A DNA stretch of 64,000 nucleotides from Candidatus Omnitrophota bacterium (GCA_035292445.1 DATDQB010000013.1:7884-71883); one strand, 5' to 3'. Numbered from the stretch's first letter, positions 17,789 to 27,312 are shown. Notes: a model not told the origin generated them from the letters alone. Program-made: numbers and translations.

Positions 17789-18649
17789 TCAGAAAGTCCT
17801 TACGACAAATACCTGAGAATAGATTCTGGCCAATCGTGTTTTCAAACGTCTTGCCTGCTGGGCATTCTTCATCAGCGCAAAGACGGCGGGGCCGCTGCCA
17901 GAAATCATAACCCCTTGAGTATCTAGCAACTTAAGTTTCTGCTTTAACTTAAGTAGGTTGGGTTTCAGTCGAAAAATCGCCGTTTCCAAATCATTAATCA
18001 TCAAAGAGCTGAATATCTTTATATTACTAATACTTAAATTGCGGATTAGAATATTAACATTGTCACTTCTCTTTGTCAACTTGATTTTCAGAGCCCCATA
18101 AACCTTAGAGGCATACAGTTTTACGCACGGGACAACCAGTACGTGAGTGAGCCTTGTCTTGATATTTAACGGTTTGATCACATCCCCCCGCCGGGTTCCC
18201 AATGCCCAAGAAGTGTCATAGAGAAAAAACGCGACATCGCTGCCTATTTGGCGGGCCAACCGCACCAACTGAGGCGTCTTTAAATCAAGGTTCCACAAAC
18301 GATTAAGGGCCATTAAAGTCGTAGCGGCGTTACTGGAGCCGCCGGCCAAGCCAGCGGCCACCGGGATCCTTTTTTTGACACGGACCGTGACCCCTCTTTT
18401 GATCCCGTAAGTTCCTTGGACCAATTGGATGGCTTTATAAATCATATTTTTCCGGCCGGTGGGGACGTGCGGATGAAAGCAGATAATTTTAATCTTGCCG
18501 TGGCTGTTATCCGTGAACGTCAGCTCATCGCATAGATCAATGCGCTGAAAAACGGTGACGATATTGTGGAAGCCGTCAGGGCGTTTGTTTTGGACTTTCA
18601 GGAAAAGGTTCAGCTTGGCGGGCGAATTAAGCGTGATCGGCTTGGGCAT
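17789..18649 (-). CDS. ispE: 4-diphosphocytidyl-2-C-methyl-D-erythritol kinase IspE
   Basis: GHMP kinase with PVAAGLAGGSSNAA motif, 286 aa. Confidence 0.9.
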   Translation of the reverse strand: MPKPITLNSPAKLNLFLKVQNKRPDGFHNIVTVFQRIDLCDELTFTDNSHGKIKIICFHPHVPTGRKNMIYKAIQLVQGTYGIKRGVTVRVKKRIPVAAGLAGGSSNAATTLMALNRLWNLDLKTPQLVRLARQIGSDVAFFLYDTSWALGTRRGDVIKPLNIKTRLTHVLVVPCVKLYASKVYGALKIKLTKRSDNVNILIRNLSISNIKIFSSLMINDLETAIFRLKPNLLKLKQKLKLLDTQGVMISGSGPAVFALMKNAQQARRLKTRLARIYSQVFVVRTF

Positions 18650-18662
18650 GCTAAAATGCTCG

Positions 18663-19670
18663 TTACTTTTTGTCTATCTGGCGGGCTTGAATGCTTTTTA
18701 CCTTCTCGATCTTTTCAAGGACCAGCTTCTGATCGGGCAACAATTCCAGCGACCGTTCCCAGTGTTTCAGCGCCTGGTCATATTGCCCAAGCTTGAAATA
18801 AGCGTCTCCCATATGGTCATAGATCACCGGGTCCTGCAAAGATTTATCGGCGCGGATAAACAGATCCAACGCCTTTTGATATTGTTCTTTTTGGTAATAG
18901 ACCCAGCCCAAACTATCAAGGTAGGCGCCGTTGTCGGGGCTGACCTTCAGGGCCCGGCTGATCAACCGCTCGGCCTCATCCAAATTGCGCCCATCCTCGG
19001 CGTAAAGATAGCCGAGCGTATTCAGGCTGCCGTCGTGATCGGGATTGATCTCGACCGAACGCTTTAAAAGCTCGATGGCCTTTTCTTTATCTTTCACTTC
19101 CAGATAAAGCGAACCTAACAAATAGAGGACATCGGCATTTTCAGGGTCGATCTCACGGACCTTCTCGAACTGCTCGATAGCCTGATTATATTTTTTTTGG
19201 GAGTAATACAGCTGGCCCAGATAACCGTAGATCTCGATGTTCTTGGGTTCCGCTTCCGAGAAGGATTTCAAGATGAACTCATACTCCTGGGCGGCTTTGT
19301 CATAATCTTTTTGCGTCGAATAAATCAGCGCCAGCAGATAACGGGATTGCAGGTCTTGCTCATTATATTGCCGGACCAGCCTCAATTCCGACTCGGCCTT
19401 TTCCAGCATGTCCAGGCGGGCGTAATTGGCCCCGAGGCGTAAATGGATGAGGTAGCTGGCGTCGTCGAACTGGGCCGCTTCTTCGTATTCGAGGACCGCC
19501 CTGTTGGGAAGGCCCAACAGGTCGTACATCTGGCCCATGGCATAATGGGCCAAACTTTTGGAAAAGGTCACCCGGTCCTCAGTGACAAAAGCATCAACGG
19601 GGTTGATAAAGAGAAAAATGCCCGCCATGCTTAAGCCGATCCATTTTATCCACTGTGCTATTGGTCGCAT
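18663..19670 (-). CDS. Secreted TPR-repeat protein. Start moved to ATG MRPIAQW; the track start is TTG.
   Basis: Signal peptide followed by about eight TPR-like repeats of the A..Y......Y..A pattern. Confidence 0.75.
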   Translation of the reverse strand: MRPIAQWIKWIGLSMAGIFLFINPVDAFVTEDRVTFSKSLAHYAMGQMYDLLGLPNRAVLEYEEAAQFDDASYLIHLRLGANYARLDMLEKAESELRLVRQYNEQDLQSRYLLALIYSTQKDYDKAAQEYEFILKSFSEAEPKNIEIYGYLGQLYYSQKKYNQAIEQFEKVREIDPENADVLYLLGSLYLEVKDKEKAIELLKRSVEINPDHDGSLNTLGYLYAEDGRNLDEAERLISRALKVSPDNGAYLDSLGWVYYQKEQYQKALDLFIRADKSLQDPVIYDHMGDAYFKLGQYDQALKHWERSLELLPDQKLVLEKIEKVKSIQARQIDKK

Positions 19671-19692
19671 GGTCAATTAACGCGAGAAAAGC

Positions 19693-19794
19693 TTATTTCC
19701 AGTCTCGCTTCTTCAAGTGTCGCAAAGATTTTCTAAGCTTCTTCCTCTTATGCGTCCTGATCTTTCTTCTTTTTCTTTTTCTGCCACACGGCAT
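19693..19794 (-). CDS. Candidate 33-aa extremely basic small protein, MPCGRKRKRRKIRTHKRKKLRKSLRHLKKRDWK
   Basis: Below the ORF track's length cutoff. A GGTGA Shine-Dalgarno sits 6 nt before the ATG. It is co-oriented in the hisG-TPR gap and has about 60% Lys/Arg. Confidence 0.3.
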   Translation of the reverse strand: MPCGRKRKRRKIRTHKRKKLRKSLRHLKKRDWK

Positions 19795-19809
19795 AGTGAC
19801 TCACCTTTG

Positions 19810-20694
19810 TTAGTCGATGATCTTGTTTAACGAATATTCAATAATCCCCTCGGCGCCGGCGCTTTTCAGCTTAGGAATGAGCGTGCGCACCGTCCCTTCA
19901 TCGATCACCGTTTCAACGGCCACCCATTTCTCATCCGCCAAGTGGGAGATCGTCGGGTTCTTTAAAGACGGCAAAAGACCCAAGACTTTCTTGATATTTT
20001 TCTTCTGAAGGTTCATCTTTAAGCCGACCATATTGTTCGCTCTGATGGCCCCTTGCAGCAGCATGCAGATCTGCTCCATCTTGGCTTTCTTCCAGGCATC
20101 CTTAAGCGCATCTTTATTGGCGATGAACTGGGTCACCGATTCACAAACGGTATCCACGATCTTTAACTTGTGCGCGCGCAGGCTGCTGCCCGTTTCCGTC
20201 AATTCGACAACGGCATCAACTAATCCGTCGGCGACCTTGGCCTCGGTCGCGCCCCAGCTGAACTCGACTTCCGCCTTCACTTTGTTCTTCTTTAAATAAT
20301 TTTTCGTGACCGCGACCAGCTCGGTGGCGATGCGTTTTCCCTGCAGATCTTTAATGGACTTGATCGCCGCCTTTTCCGGAACGGCCAACACCCACCTGAC
20401 CTTCACCGCGCTTTGCTTGGCATACACGAGATCAGCCAAAGCGGCGACATCGGAGTTGTTTTCACCGACCCAATCCGAGCCGGTCAGCCCGCAATCCAGC
20501 GTGCCGTCTTCGACATAACGCGACATCTCCTGCGCCCGCAGAAGGATCGGCTCAATCTCGACGTCATCAATGGTGGGAAAATACGAACGGCTGGAAATGA
20601 ATATCTTGAAGCCCGCCCGCTCAAACACCTTGAAGGTGGCATCCTGTAAGCTGCCTTTCGGCAAGCCCAATCTTAATTTTCTCGAACTTTTCAT
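19810..20694 (-). CDS. hisG: ATP phosphoribosyltransferase, long form with a C-terminal regulatory domain
   Basis: [11 protein letters not shown]-terminus, PRT fold and a C-terminal HisG_C domain, 294 aa. Confidence 0.9.
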   Translation of the reverse strand: MKSSRKLRLGLPKGSLQDATFKVFERAGFKIFISSRSYFPTIDDVEIEPILLRAQEMSRYVEDGTLDCGLTGSDWVGENNSDVAALADLVYAKQSAVKVRWVLAVPEKAAIKSIKDLQGKRIATELVAVTKNYLKKNKVKAEVEFSWGATEAKVADGLVDAVVELTETGSSLRAHKLKIVDTVCESVTQFIANKDALKDAWKKAKMEQICMLLQGAIRANNMVGLKMNLQKKNIKKVLGLLPSLKNPTISHLADEKWVAVETVIDEGTVRTLIPKLKSAGAEGIIEYSLNKIID

Positions 20695-20881
20695 CGTTTT
20701 TTACGCCTTAATGTCTTTAATTCAATAAACTTAAGAAAAAGTGAAATTATTATAACGACTGCCCCTTCTCTTGTAAAGATAATTCATTTTACCCTTTAAG
20801 TATAGGCATAGATAAAAGCTAAATCAAGAACCCAAAAGACATTTTCTGTTGGGGGCGCAGATTCAAGCCTTGGAAAAACAC

Positions 20882-20910
20882 TTGTCAAAGGGCGGTTTCA
20901 TGGATATAAT
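20882..20910 (+). promoter_or_regulatory. Sigma70-type promoter for the ppiD-like gene
   Basis: TTGTCA, a 17-nt spacer, then TATAAT, about 35 nt upstream of the ATG at 20946. Confidence 0.5.
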
Positions 20911-20945
20911 CAACCACAAATTTCCTAAACACTTGGGGTATCTGA

Positions 20946-22484
20946 ATGCTTAAAATCCTGCGCAGAAAAGGCGTCGCCAAAAAAATCCTTTGGTTCATTG
21001 CGGTTGTCATCATCATCTCTTTCGGGTTTTTCGGCACCGCCTATCTCTTGACAGGCACCCAACAGACCTCCTACGCCGGCACCCTCTTCGGCAAGAACGT
21101 CAGTTTTCAGGAATTTGAAAAAGCCTACCGCGACGTGCGCGTCCAGGCGCTCATCCGCTACGGGGACCAATTCAACGACTACATCCAGTACCGTAACTTG
21201 GACGCCGATACGTGGGACCGGCTGATCCTGCTTTATGAGGCCAACCGACGGAGGATCGCTATCAAGGACGAGGACGTCATCAATACCGTCAAGCAATACG
21301 GCTTCTTCCAGCGGGACGGCCAATTCGACTCCCTGCTATACCGCGACATTGTCCGCTACATTTTCAAGATAGAGCCGCGCGAATTTGAAGAAAGCATCCG
21401 CAAGTCCCTTAAGCTCAGCCGCCTCTTCATCGAGGAGACTTTTACCGCCAACGTATTAGAGGAAGATATCCGCCAAGAGTTCAAGAAACAAAACGAAAAG
21501 GTCCAGGCAAGCTACGTCTTTATCTCACCCGACACCTATAAAAGCGAGGTCTCCTATAACGAGGAAGAGGCCAAAGCCTATTATGAAGAGCATAAATTCG
21601 ATTTCGGCGTCCCCTCAAGCATCAATGTCGAATATATCCAATTGCCCTTTGCCTTTAACGAAGATTCCCTTACGACCTCCGCTACCGCGACCGCGGAAGA
21701 CGCAACCCCCGAACAGCTCGAGGAGAAAAAGAAGACCGCTGAACTGGCCGCAATCATTTATGAAGAGCTGAAAACCAACCCCAACATGGCCGAGGCGGCC
21801 CAGGCCCATGGCCTAACGGCCCAATCGTCCGGCTTTTTCAGCATGGAAAACCCCAACCTCGGCATGGGCATGTCCTACGAGCTTCTCAAGCGCCTGTTCG
21901 AGTTAGACGCGCAGGAGATCAGCGAACCTTACGAAACATCGAACGGTTATTTTATCGCCAAGGTCACGGAGAAAAAAGAAGCGTATGTCCCCGAATACGA
22001 AGAGGCCCAGGAAAAGGTCAAAGATGCCGTCCTGAGAAACGCCGCGATGGACATTACCAAGAAAAAAGCCGAGGAATTGCTGGCAGCGCTCAAAGTTGAA
22101 TACCAAAAAACGCTTCCCTATGATTTCGCCAATGCCGCCAAAGCGCTGGGGCTTGAACTGGACCAGACGCCGGTCTTTAAACGTGGGCAATACCTGCCCG
22201 CTATCGGCATTTCCAAAGCCTTTCAGGAAGCCGCCTTCGCCCTGACGCAAGAGAACAAGATCAGCGACGTCATTGAAGAGCCCAACGGCTTTTACATTTT
22301 ACACCTGGACGGCTACACCGCCGCCACTGAAGAGGAATACGAACAGCTTAAAGACGAGATCGCGCAGGTCCTTCTGGACCGAGAACGAAACGAGATCTTC
22401 AGCGAATTCCTCTCCCGCCTGCGGCTTGAATCCAACCTGATCGACAACATCTCGGCTTTGAAACAGCAGGCCCAAAGCCAGTAA
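20946..22484 (+). CDS. ppiD: PpiD-like periplasmic chaperone: membrane-anchored, SurA-N-like, with a parvulin-like region
   Basis: N-terminal TM helix, a SurA_N-like domain, a degenerate parvulin-like segment and a C-terminal helical domain, 512 aa. Confidence 0.7.
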   Translation: MLKILRRKGVAKKILWFIAVVIIISFGFFGTAYLLTGTQQTSYAGTLFGKNVSFQEFEKAYRDVRVQALIRYGDQFNDYIQYRNLDADTWDRLILLYEANRRRIAIKDEDVINTVKQYGFFQRDGQFDSLLYRDIVRYIFKIEPREFEESIRKSLKLSRLFIEETFTANVLEEDIRQEFKKQNEKVQASYVFISPDTYKSEVSYNEEEAKAYYEEHKFDFGVPSSINVEYIQLPFAFNEDSLTTSATATAEDATPEQLEEKKKTAELAAIIYEELKTNPNMAEAAQAHGLTAQSSGFFSMENPNLGMGMSYELLKRLFELDAQEISEPYETSNGYFIAKVTEKKEAYVPEYEEAQEKVKDAVLRNAAMDITKKKAEELLAALKVEYQKTLPYDFANAAKALGLELDQTPVFKRGQYLPAIGISKAFQEAAFALTQENKISDVIEEPNGFYILHLDGYTAATEEEYEQLKDEIAQVLLDRERNEIFSEFLSRLRLESNLIDNISALKQQAQSQ

Positions 22485-22494
22485 GTCCCCTTGA

Positions 22495-22998
22495 TTATTT
22501 CTGGGCGAGGATCTTCTCATAATCGGAAGGGATCTCGTGTTCGACGGCCTTGATGACGCCGTCTTTATTGAGGAAGAAGAAGGTGGGAACCCCGACGATG
22601 CCGAAATTCTCGGCTATCGATTGGTCTTCATCAAGAAAGACCTCATAATCGATTCTGTTCTTGTCCATATAGCCCTTGACCTGCTGGGCGTTCTCCTGAA
22701 TGTCGACCAAGATGATCTTAATGCCCTTTTGCGTTAACTCTTGCTTTTTCTCGGCCAGCTCTTTCAGTTGCTTGCGGCAATGCGGGCACCACGTCGCCCA
22801 AAAGAAAATGATGGCGCTTTGGCCGTCGCGGAACTGGCTCATCGAGATCTTGCCGCTGTTTAAGGTGCTGGCGGTAAAATCAGGCGCCTGTTTGCCGACC
22901 AGCGGGTTCTCGAAAACGAAAAACTGGGCCTGCGCCGGCGCGGCGAAGAGCATCGCGGAACAAATAATTAAACCTGTGGTTTGTTTGAACGTCATCAT
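22495..22998 (-). CDS. TlpA/ResA-like thiol-disulfide oxidoreductase (thioredoxin fold, WCPHC). Start moved to ATG MMTFKQTTG.
   Basis: Signal peptide plus thioredoxin-like fold with the CxxC motif WATWCPHCRK. Confidence 0.8.
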   Translation of the reverse strand: MMTFKQTTGLIICSAMLFAAPAQAQFFVFENPLVGKQAPDFTASTLNSGKISMSQFRDGQSAIIFFWATWCPHCRKQLKELAEKKQELTQKGIKIILVDIQENAQQVKGYMDKNRIDYEVFLDEDQSIAENFGIVGVPTFFFLNKDGVIKAVEHEIPSDYEKILAQK

Positions 22999-23002
22999 GC
23001 GT

Positions 23003-23320
23003 TTACTTATCCTTTGTTGACTTACCAATCCAACGAAGATAGGGATTATACCCTTTTATAATCGGTAACGCAATGATTTCGGGCACATCATAAGTATGCA
23101 ACGCTTTTACCGCCTTGGCCAACTTGCCGAATAAACCACGCTTGGTCTTTAAAAGAAGCAGCGCCTCTTTCGATCCATCGATCTTGCCATCCCACCAGAA
23201 AAGCGATTGAACGTTTTCCACGATATTGGCGCAGGCGATCAATTTTTCTTTGAGGAGTTTCTTGGCGATCGCCTTCGCCTGCCGCTTGTCTTTCGCCGTC
23301 ACCAGAACAACGATGTACAT
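23003..23320 (-). CDS. cutA: Divalent-cation tolerance protein CutA
   Basis: The CutA1 family pattern IAC.NI......Y.W.G.I....E..L..KT, about 105 aa. Confidence 0.8.
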   Translation of the reverse strand: MYIVVLVTAKDKRQAKAIAKKLLKEKLIACANIVENVQSLFWWDGKIDGSKEALLLLKTKRGLFGKLAKAVKALHTYDVPEIIALPIIKGYNPYLRWIGKSTKDK

Positions 23321-23340
23321 CACCGCGCCTCCAAATATAA

Positions 23341-24051
23341 TCAGGATTTTATCATCATTAAAGATATCATTCTACCGGCTTTTCCCTTTTCTCTGCGGTG
23401 GGAAAAACAGTTTTCATCCGCATACGTGCATACGCCGCAATCGTAAACATTTTTCTCGGTAACGCCTTGGGACAGGAGCTCTTTCCTGTTAGCCTGGACC
23501 AGATCCAGATAAAGGCAATCGTTCTTCTCGATAAAATCATTGGGGAAATACTCCTTGAACTCCTCCCCCACTTCATAATGCTGTGCGCGGATAGCGGGGC
23601 CGAAAGCGACCCTTAAATCCGCCGAGCGCGTGGCGAACTGATTTTTCATCACGATCATGACATTCTTGAGGATATGAAGATACGTGCTCTTCCATCCGCA
23701 ATGGGCGATGGCGATGGCCTCGTGCGCCGGATCATACAAAAAAACCGGCAAACAATCCGCTGTCCTGATGACAATCGCCAAATTTTTCTGGTTGGTCACC
23801 AAGGCATCCGCTTCTTCAACCGCATCAAGTTTGGACAATTTGTTTTTGCTTGCGATAACGACCCGGTCGCCATGGACCTGATGGATGTTAACCACATCCG
23901 TCAAGCTGACCGGCAACTCGGCATTTAAGGCTTGGCGTTGTTGTTGGCTTAATTGATAACTTCCCGGTGGGAAAGCGTAATTGACCGAGCGGTCCGAAGT
24001 GTACGCCAGAATATGGGCTGGGAAAACGTCTTTAAACAACAGCATCATCAT
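23341..24051 (-). CDS. pgeF: YfiH/PgeF family (DUF152) purine nucleoside phosphorylase / laccase-domain protein. Start moved to MMMLLF.
   Basis: Conserved TADCLPV and HCGWK motifs of the YfiH family. It overlaps the rmuC 3' end by about 20 nt. Confidence 0.75.
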   Translation of the reverse strand: MMMLLFKDVFPAHILAYTSDRSVNYAFPPGSYQLSQQQRQALNAELPVSLTDVVNIHQVHGDRVVIASKNKLSKLDAVEEADALVTNQKNLAIVIRTADCLPVFLYDPAHEAIAIAHCGWKSTYLHILKNVMIVMKNQFATRSADLRVAFGPAIRAQHYEVGEEFKEYFPNDFIEKNDCLYLDLVQANRKELLSQGVTEKNVYDCGVCTYADENCFSHRREKGKAGRMISLMMIKS

Positions 24052-25174
24052 CAACAGGCTCTGGCGAGAGATCAATCAATATATCATCGGATTCAACCGG
24101 AGAAAGCTTCTTACCCTTCTTATAGTCTTCGATATGACGGATTTTTGCATCCAGATTCTTGAAACTTTTCGTTTTGACGTCTTCATAGGTTTCTTCCAGC
24201 TTTCCGATAGATTCACCCAACTTCTCAAACCTTGTCTTGAAACCCTCGTAATAACGGCTGAACTGATCGATAAGCTGAATGATTTTTTTAATGTCTTTCT
24301 CAAAACGAAAATGCTCATAAGCCTGACGGATAATACAAAGCATCGCATAGAGCGTAAATGGTGAACATAGAACAACCTTTTGTTTGAGAGCCTCATCCAT
24401 CAACCCCGGCATTTGATCCTGAATGAAGCCAAAAACCTGCTCATTGGGAATAAAAAGAAGCACGAAATCCAAAGTGTTCTCTTGAGGATTGATATAATCG
24501 CGACCTTGGATTTCCTTGATGCGGTCTTTGACGTTACGCTCAAAATCTTTTAAATATCGTTCTTTCAAAGAAACATCCCCGATATTGACCATATTAAGAT
24601 AATTATCAAGAGGGAATTTCACATCCATGTTAATAATGTGCTCATCGGGCAATAGAAACGTATAGTCGGGCTTGGTGGTTGTGGTGGATAGTTTAGTTTG
24701 TTTACGATAATTGACACCTTCGATAAGCCCGGCATAGCGGATGATGTCCTCCGCCATACGCTCCCCCCACTGGCCGCGCAGTTTCACATTACCCAATATA
24801 TTATTTAGTTTATTGGTAGTTTCTTGAAGATTAAGAGTTGTCTTGTTCGCATTTTTAAGTTCGTACTCCAAATTACCATATTTTTGCTGCCGATCCCTTT
24901 CGAAGTCATGGACCATCTTCTTATATTTCTCCAGCTCTTCTTTTAATTGATCAATACTTGATGTGATAGCCTGTTTCTTTGTTTCCAGTTCTCCCGTTGC
25001 TTTGCTTTGATCGGTTGCGAATTGCTGCTTAGCGAGTTGTAAAAACTGCTCCTGGCTGCTTCTGACTTCGTGGGCAATTTGCCTTTTCATTAAGTTAAAA
25101 ATGGCAAAAAACACGGTGAACAAAACTCCGGCGATAACAAAACTGGCAATACCGATCCATAAAACATTATCCAT
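24032..25174 (-). CDS. rmuC: DNA recombination protein RmuC
   Basis: N-terminal TM helix, a coiled-coil and the RmuC C-terminal nuclease-like domain (LRGQWGE), 380 aa. Confidence 0.85.
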   Translation of the reverse strand: MDNVLWIGIASFVIAGVLFTVFFAIFNLMKRQIAHEVRSSQEQFLQLAKQQFATDQSKATGELETKKQAITSSIDQLKEELEKYKKMVHDFERDRQQKYGNLEYELKNANKTTLNLQETTNKLNNILGNVKLRGQWGERMAEDIIRYAGLIEGVNYRKQTKLSTTTTKPDYTFLLPDEHIINMDVKFPLDNYLNMVNIGDVSLKERYLKDFERNVKDRIKEIQGRDYINPQENTLDFVLLFIPNEQVFGFIQDQMPGLMDEALKQKVVLCSPFTLYAMLCIIRQAYEHFRFEKDIKKIIQLIDQFSRYYEGFKTRFEKLGESIGKLEETYEDVKTKSFKNLDAKIRHIEDYKKGKKLSPVESDDILIDLSPEPVDDDAVV

Positions 25175-25189
25175 AAGACTTTCCTTAAC

Positions 25190-25348
25190 TTATTTCTTAT
25201 CCTGAAGCAATTTGATGATTTTTTCAAGCCGTGAGGTGATAACGATTGGGACGAAAATGATCCAGGCCAGCAAAAACACCTTAAGGCCAAAATACATGAT
25301 GCTGTCAGATAAACCCATTTGCATATAGTGCATATTACAAGCTAACAT
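25190..25348 (-). CDS. Candidate 52-aa hydrophobic small protein upstream of rmuC
   Basis: Below the ORF track's cutoff. An AAGGAG Shine-Dalgarno sits 6 nt before the ATG, and a predicted TM helix reads FGLKVFLLAWIIFVPIVI. It lies in a different frame from the listed 25090..25290 ORF. Confidence 0.3.
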   Translation of the reverse strand: MLACNMHYMQMGLSDSIMYFGLKVFLLAWIIFVPIVITSRLEKIIKLLQDKK

Positions 25349-25430
25349 AGGATCTCCTTGTGATGTGGGTTGCTATTTGTTACCAGTATAAGCCTCGCCG
25401 CAAAAAATGTAAAGCGCCTTGTGGGGCGCC

Positions 25431-26009
25431 CTATTGGTTTTTTGCCTGCTCCCGCTTGAGATCGTTAAGTAGTTTATAACGGTAGTGCTCATCAGCCACC
25501 GGGTCGGCGATCTTCCACATGTCCTTCTCGCTCAAAGGATACGCCAAATAAGGGGCCGCGAGCATGACCGCGTTCGCGTAATAAAACGAATCAGATATAT
25601 GGGCGGATCCCAAAATGAGGATGAACTCCGCGGCTGTCAGCTTAAAACCGGCCCCGCTCACCATGTCGATCACCATATTCTTCGCCTTCATATCATCCTC
25701 GATGCCGGCAACGGCCTCCGCCATGGATTGAATGATCTCCTCCCGGGACAAACTTTTCCTGGCAAGGCCTGAAACCTGGCGGGAAGAAAACTCGAAACTG
25801 ACGATGCCGCTATTTTCATCCGCCATGAGCTCATCGGCATCCTTGCTCAACTGGGTCGGCGCAGTGGGTTGGTTATTTTTTACGGCGCCGCTCTCAACGG
25901 TCACGCTGATCACTTCTTTGCGCTTCTCGCAACCGATAAGGCTGATGGATAGAAAGCTGGTTATCATAATCAAAAAAATAAAAGAGTATTTAGAATGTTT
26001 GAACATCAT
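25431..26009 (-). CDS. Hypothetical lipoprotein with an LIGC lipobox, no recognisable domain
   Basis: Strong AGGAGG Shine-Dalgarno, a signal peptide and a lipobox, 192 aa. It is co-directional with the next unknown gene and separated from it by 41 nt. Confidence 0.6.
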   Translation of the reverse strand: MMFKHSKYSFIFLIMITSFLSISLIGCEKRKEVISVTVESGAVKNNQPTAPTQLSKDADELMADENSGIVSFEFSSRQVSGLARKSLSREEIIQSMAEAVAGIEDDMKAKNMVIDMVSGAGFKLTAAEFILILGSAHISDSFYYANAVMLAAPYLAYPLSEKDMWKIADPVADEHYRYKLLNDLKREQAKNQ

Positions 26010-26050
26010 CTCTTCCTCCTTATTGTCATAGGAAAACTGGTGTCCCCCAT

Positions 26051-27133
26051 TTATTTCAGGAATTGCTTATCTTTCAAAAAAAGCACCATGTGCGCCATGG
26101 CATCGCTGTTCTCGGCGGATTTATTATCATAGGTACTGACCAGTTCGTATTCATGGTCTTTATAGATCGGGATGCCTTCGACACTCGAGAAGTACTCAAC
26201 CCGCTCAAGCCCCAGCCGGTCCCGGTGATTCTGGGCATGGCTTCTGAAAAGTTCTTTGCCCTCGGTCCGATCAACCAGGGCCAAGGACTCGGCAAAGGGA
26301 TGCAGATGCACTTCTATATAGTGAATGGTCGTGTCATATTGGAGCTTCAAATTCTCCGTGATCGAGGTGGAGTTAATCTCCCGGCCGGATTTGACGACCC
26401 AATGCCCGGTGAATTCGTTGCCGTTGATATCCTTATAGATGCCGTTCAAGGCCGCCTGTCCCAGGGAACAGCCGGGCCCGTGAGCAGCCGGATCGGGATT
26501 GACCACCTTGTAATAAGGCGTGTCCCCCTTCACCAATACCAAAACCTGAGCGGCCGTTGTGTACAAGGGCACCAGAGGTTTTCTAAGATCGCTGTCGCGC
26601 ACGTAATCGATCGTGACCTTGTGCCTGAGGCGTTTGTCGGGATTGTTGATATTAAGATTCAACGCTTGCGTCATCATGGACAGGGGTTCATTGGCCCTGA
26701 CGGGGATGCCGAAACCTTTCGGCAGTATCATCGTGTATTGCCCTTGGGAAAGCGTCACGATCCGCGGGAAGGAAATGGAAACATTGCCCGACCACAGCTT
26801 GCGGCTGTTTAGGTCAAAATTCAGGTTCGTATGGCACATAAAGTCGTTGGAGGTGGGTGTCGCGCCGTCGGCTTCGACCATCTGGACCCGCATCCCTGTG
26901 ATCCATAACAGTTCATCATCATTTTCATCACCCAAGAGAAACGATTCCGTGCTCGAGGGCCCCTGCATGGACTTGTAGATCCTGTCGATATGATACGCCG
27001 GCGAAACATAATCGTAGGTCAGCTTCGCGTCCGCAACGTCTTTTTTGGAGACATACGCAACAAATCGGCTTATTGAAAATACCAGTGCGCCGAGGGCCAA
27101 AGCCAACAGGAATATTTTGAAATGCTTGGACAT
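26051..27133 (-). CDS. Hypothetical secreted or membrane-anchored protein, 360 aa, no recognisable domain
   Basis: N-terminal signal/anchor helix, then a soluble domain with His-rich patches (IHYIEVHLHPF). I do not recognise the family. Confidence 0.6.
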   Translation of the reverse strand: MSKHFKIFLLALALGALVFSISRFVAYVSKKDVADAKLTYDYVSPAYHIDRIYKSMQGPSSTESFLLGDENDDELLWITGMRVQMVEADGATPTSNDFMCHTNLNFDLNSRKLWSGNVSISFPRIVTLSQGQYTMILPKGFGIPVRANEPLSMMTQALNLNINNPDKRLRHKVTIDYVRDSDLRKPLVPLYTTAAQVLVLVKGDTPYYKVVNPDPAAHGPGCSLGQAALNGIYKDINGNEFTGHWVVKSGREINSTSITENLKLQYDTTIHYIEVHLHPFAESLALVDRTEGKELFRSHAQNHRDRLGLERVEYFSSVEGIPIYKDHEYELVSTYDNKSAENSDAMAHMVLFLKDKQFLK

Positions 27134-27208
27134 TTTATTTCACTTCCCCTGCTCTATTTTTTATATTTGCCACAAAGGCGCCGAGCTTGGCGGCAAAAAA
27201 AGAAAAAA

Positions 27209-27292
27209 AAGGGGGGCAGGACACTGAGAGGGGACAGGGTGATTAAATATAGAATTTAGGGGCTGTCCCTTGGGAGTGTCCTGTCCCCTTCT
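27209..27292. repeat. Copy A of a roughly 80-nt GC-rich palindromic element. Consensus arm is GGGGACAGGACACTCCCAAGGGACAG.
   Basis: Imperfect inverted repeat ggggggcaggacactgagaggggacaggg ... ggggctgtcccttgggagtgtcctgtcccc. Its second copy is at 28586-28657. Confidence 0.7.
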
Positions 27293-27312
27293 CCTACTGG
27301 TGACTGAGCGGG

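Noticed and set aside
25090-25290. 66-aa minus-strand ORF overlapping the rmuC start
   Set aside because: It has no ribosome-binding site and overlaps rmuC. The alternative-frame 52-aa ORF at 25190-25348 has a consensus Shine-Dalgarno and is the better candidate.
27134-27312. preQ1 riboswitch upstream or downstream of queH
   Set aside because: No match to the preQ1-I or preQ1-II consensus cores. The structured element is a long symmetric palindrome instead.
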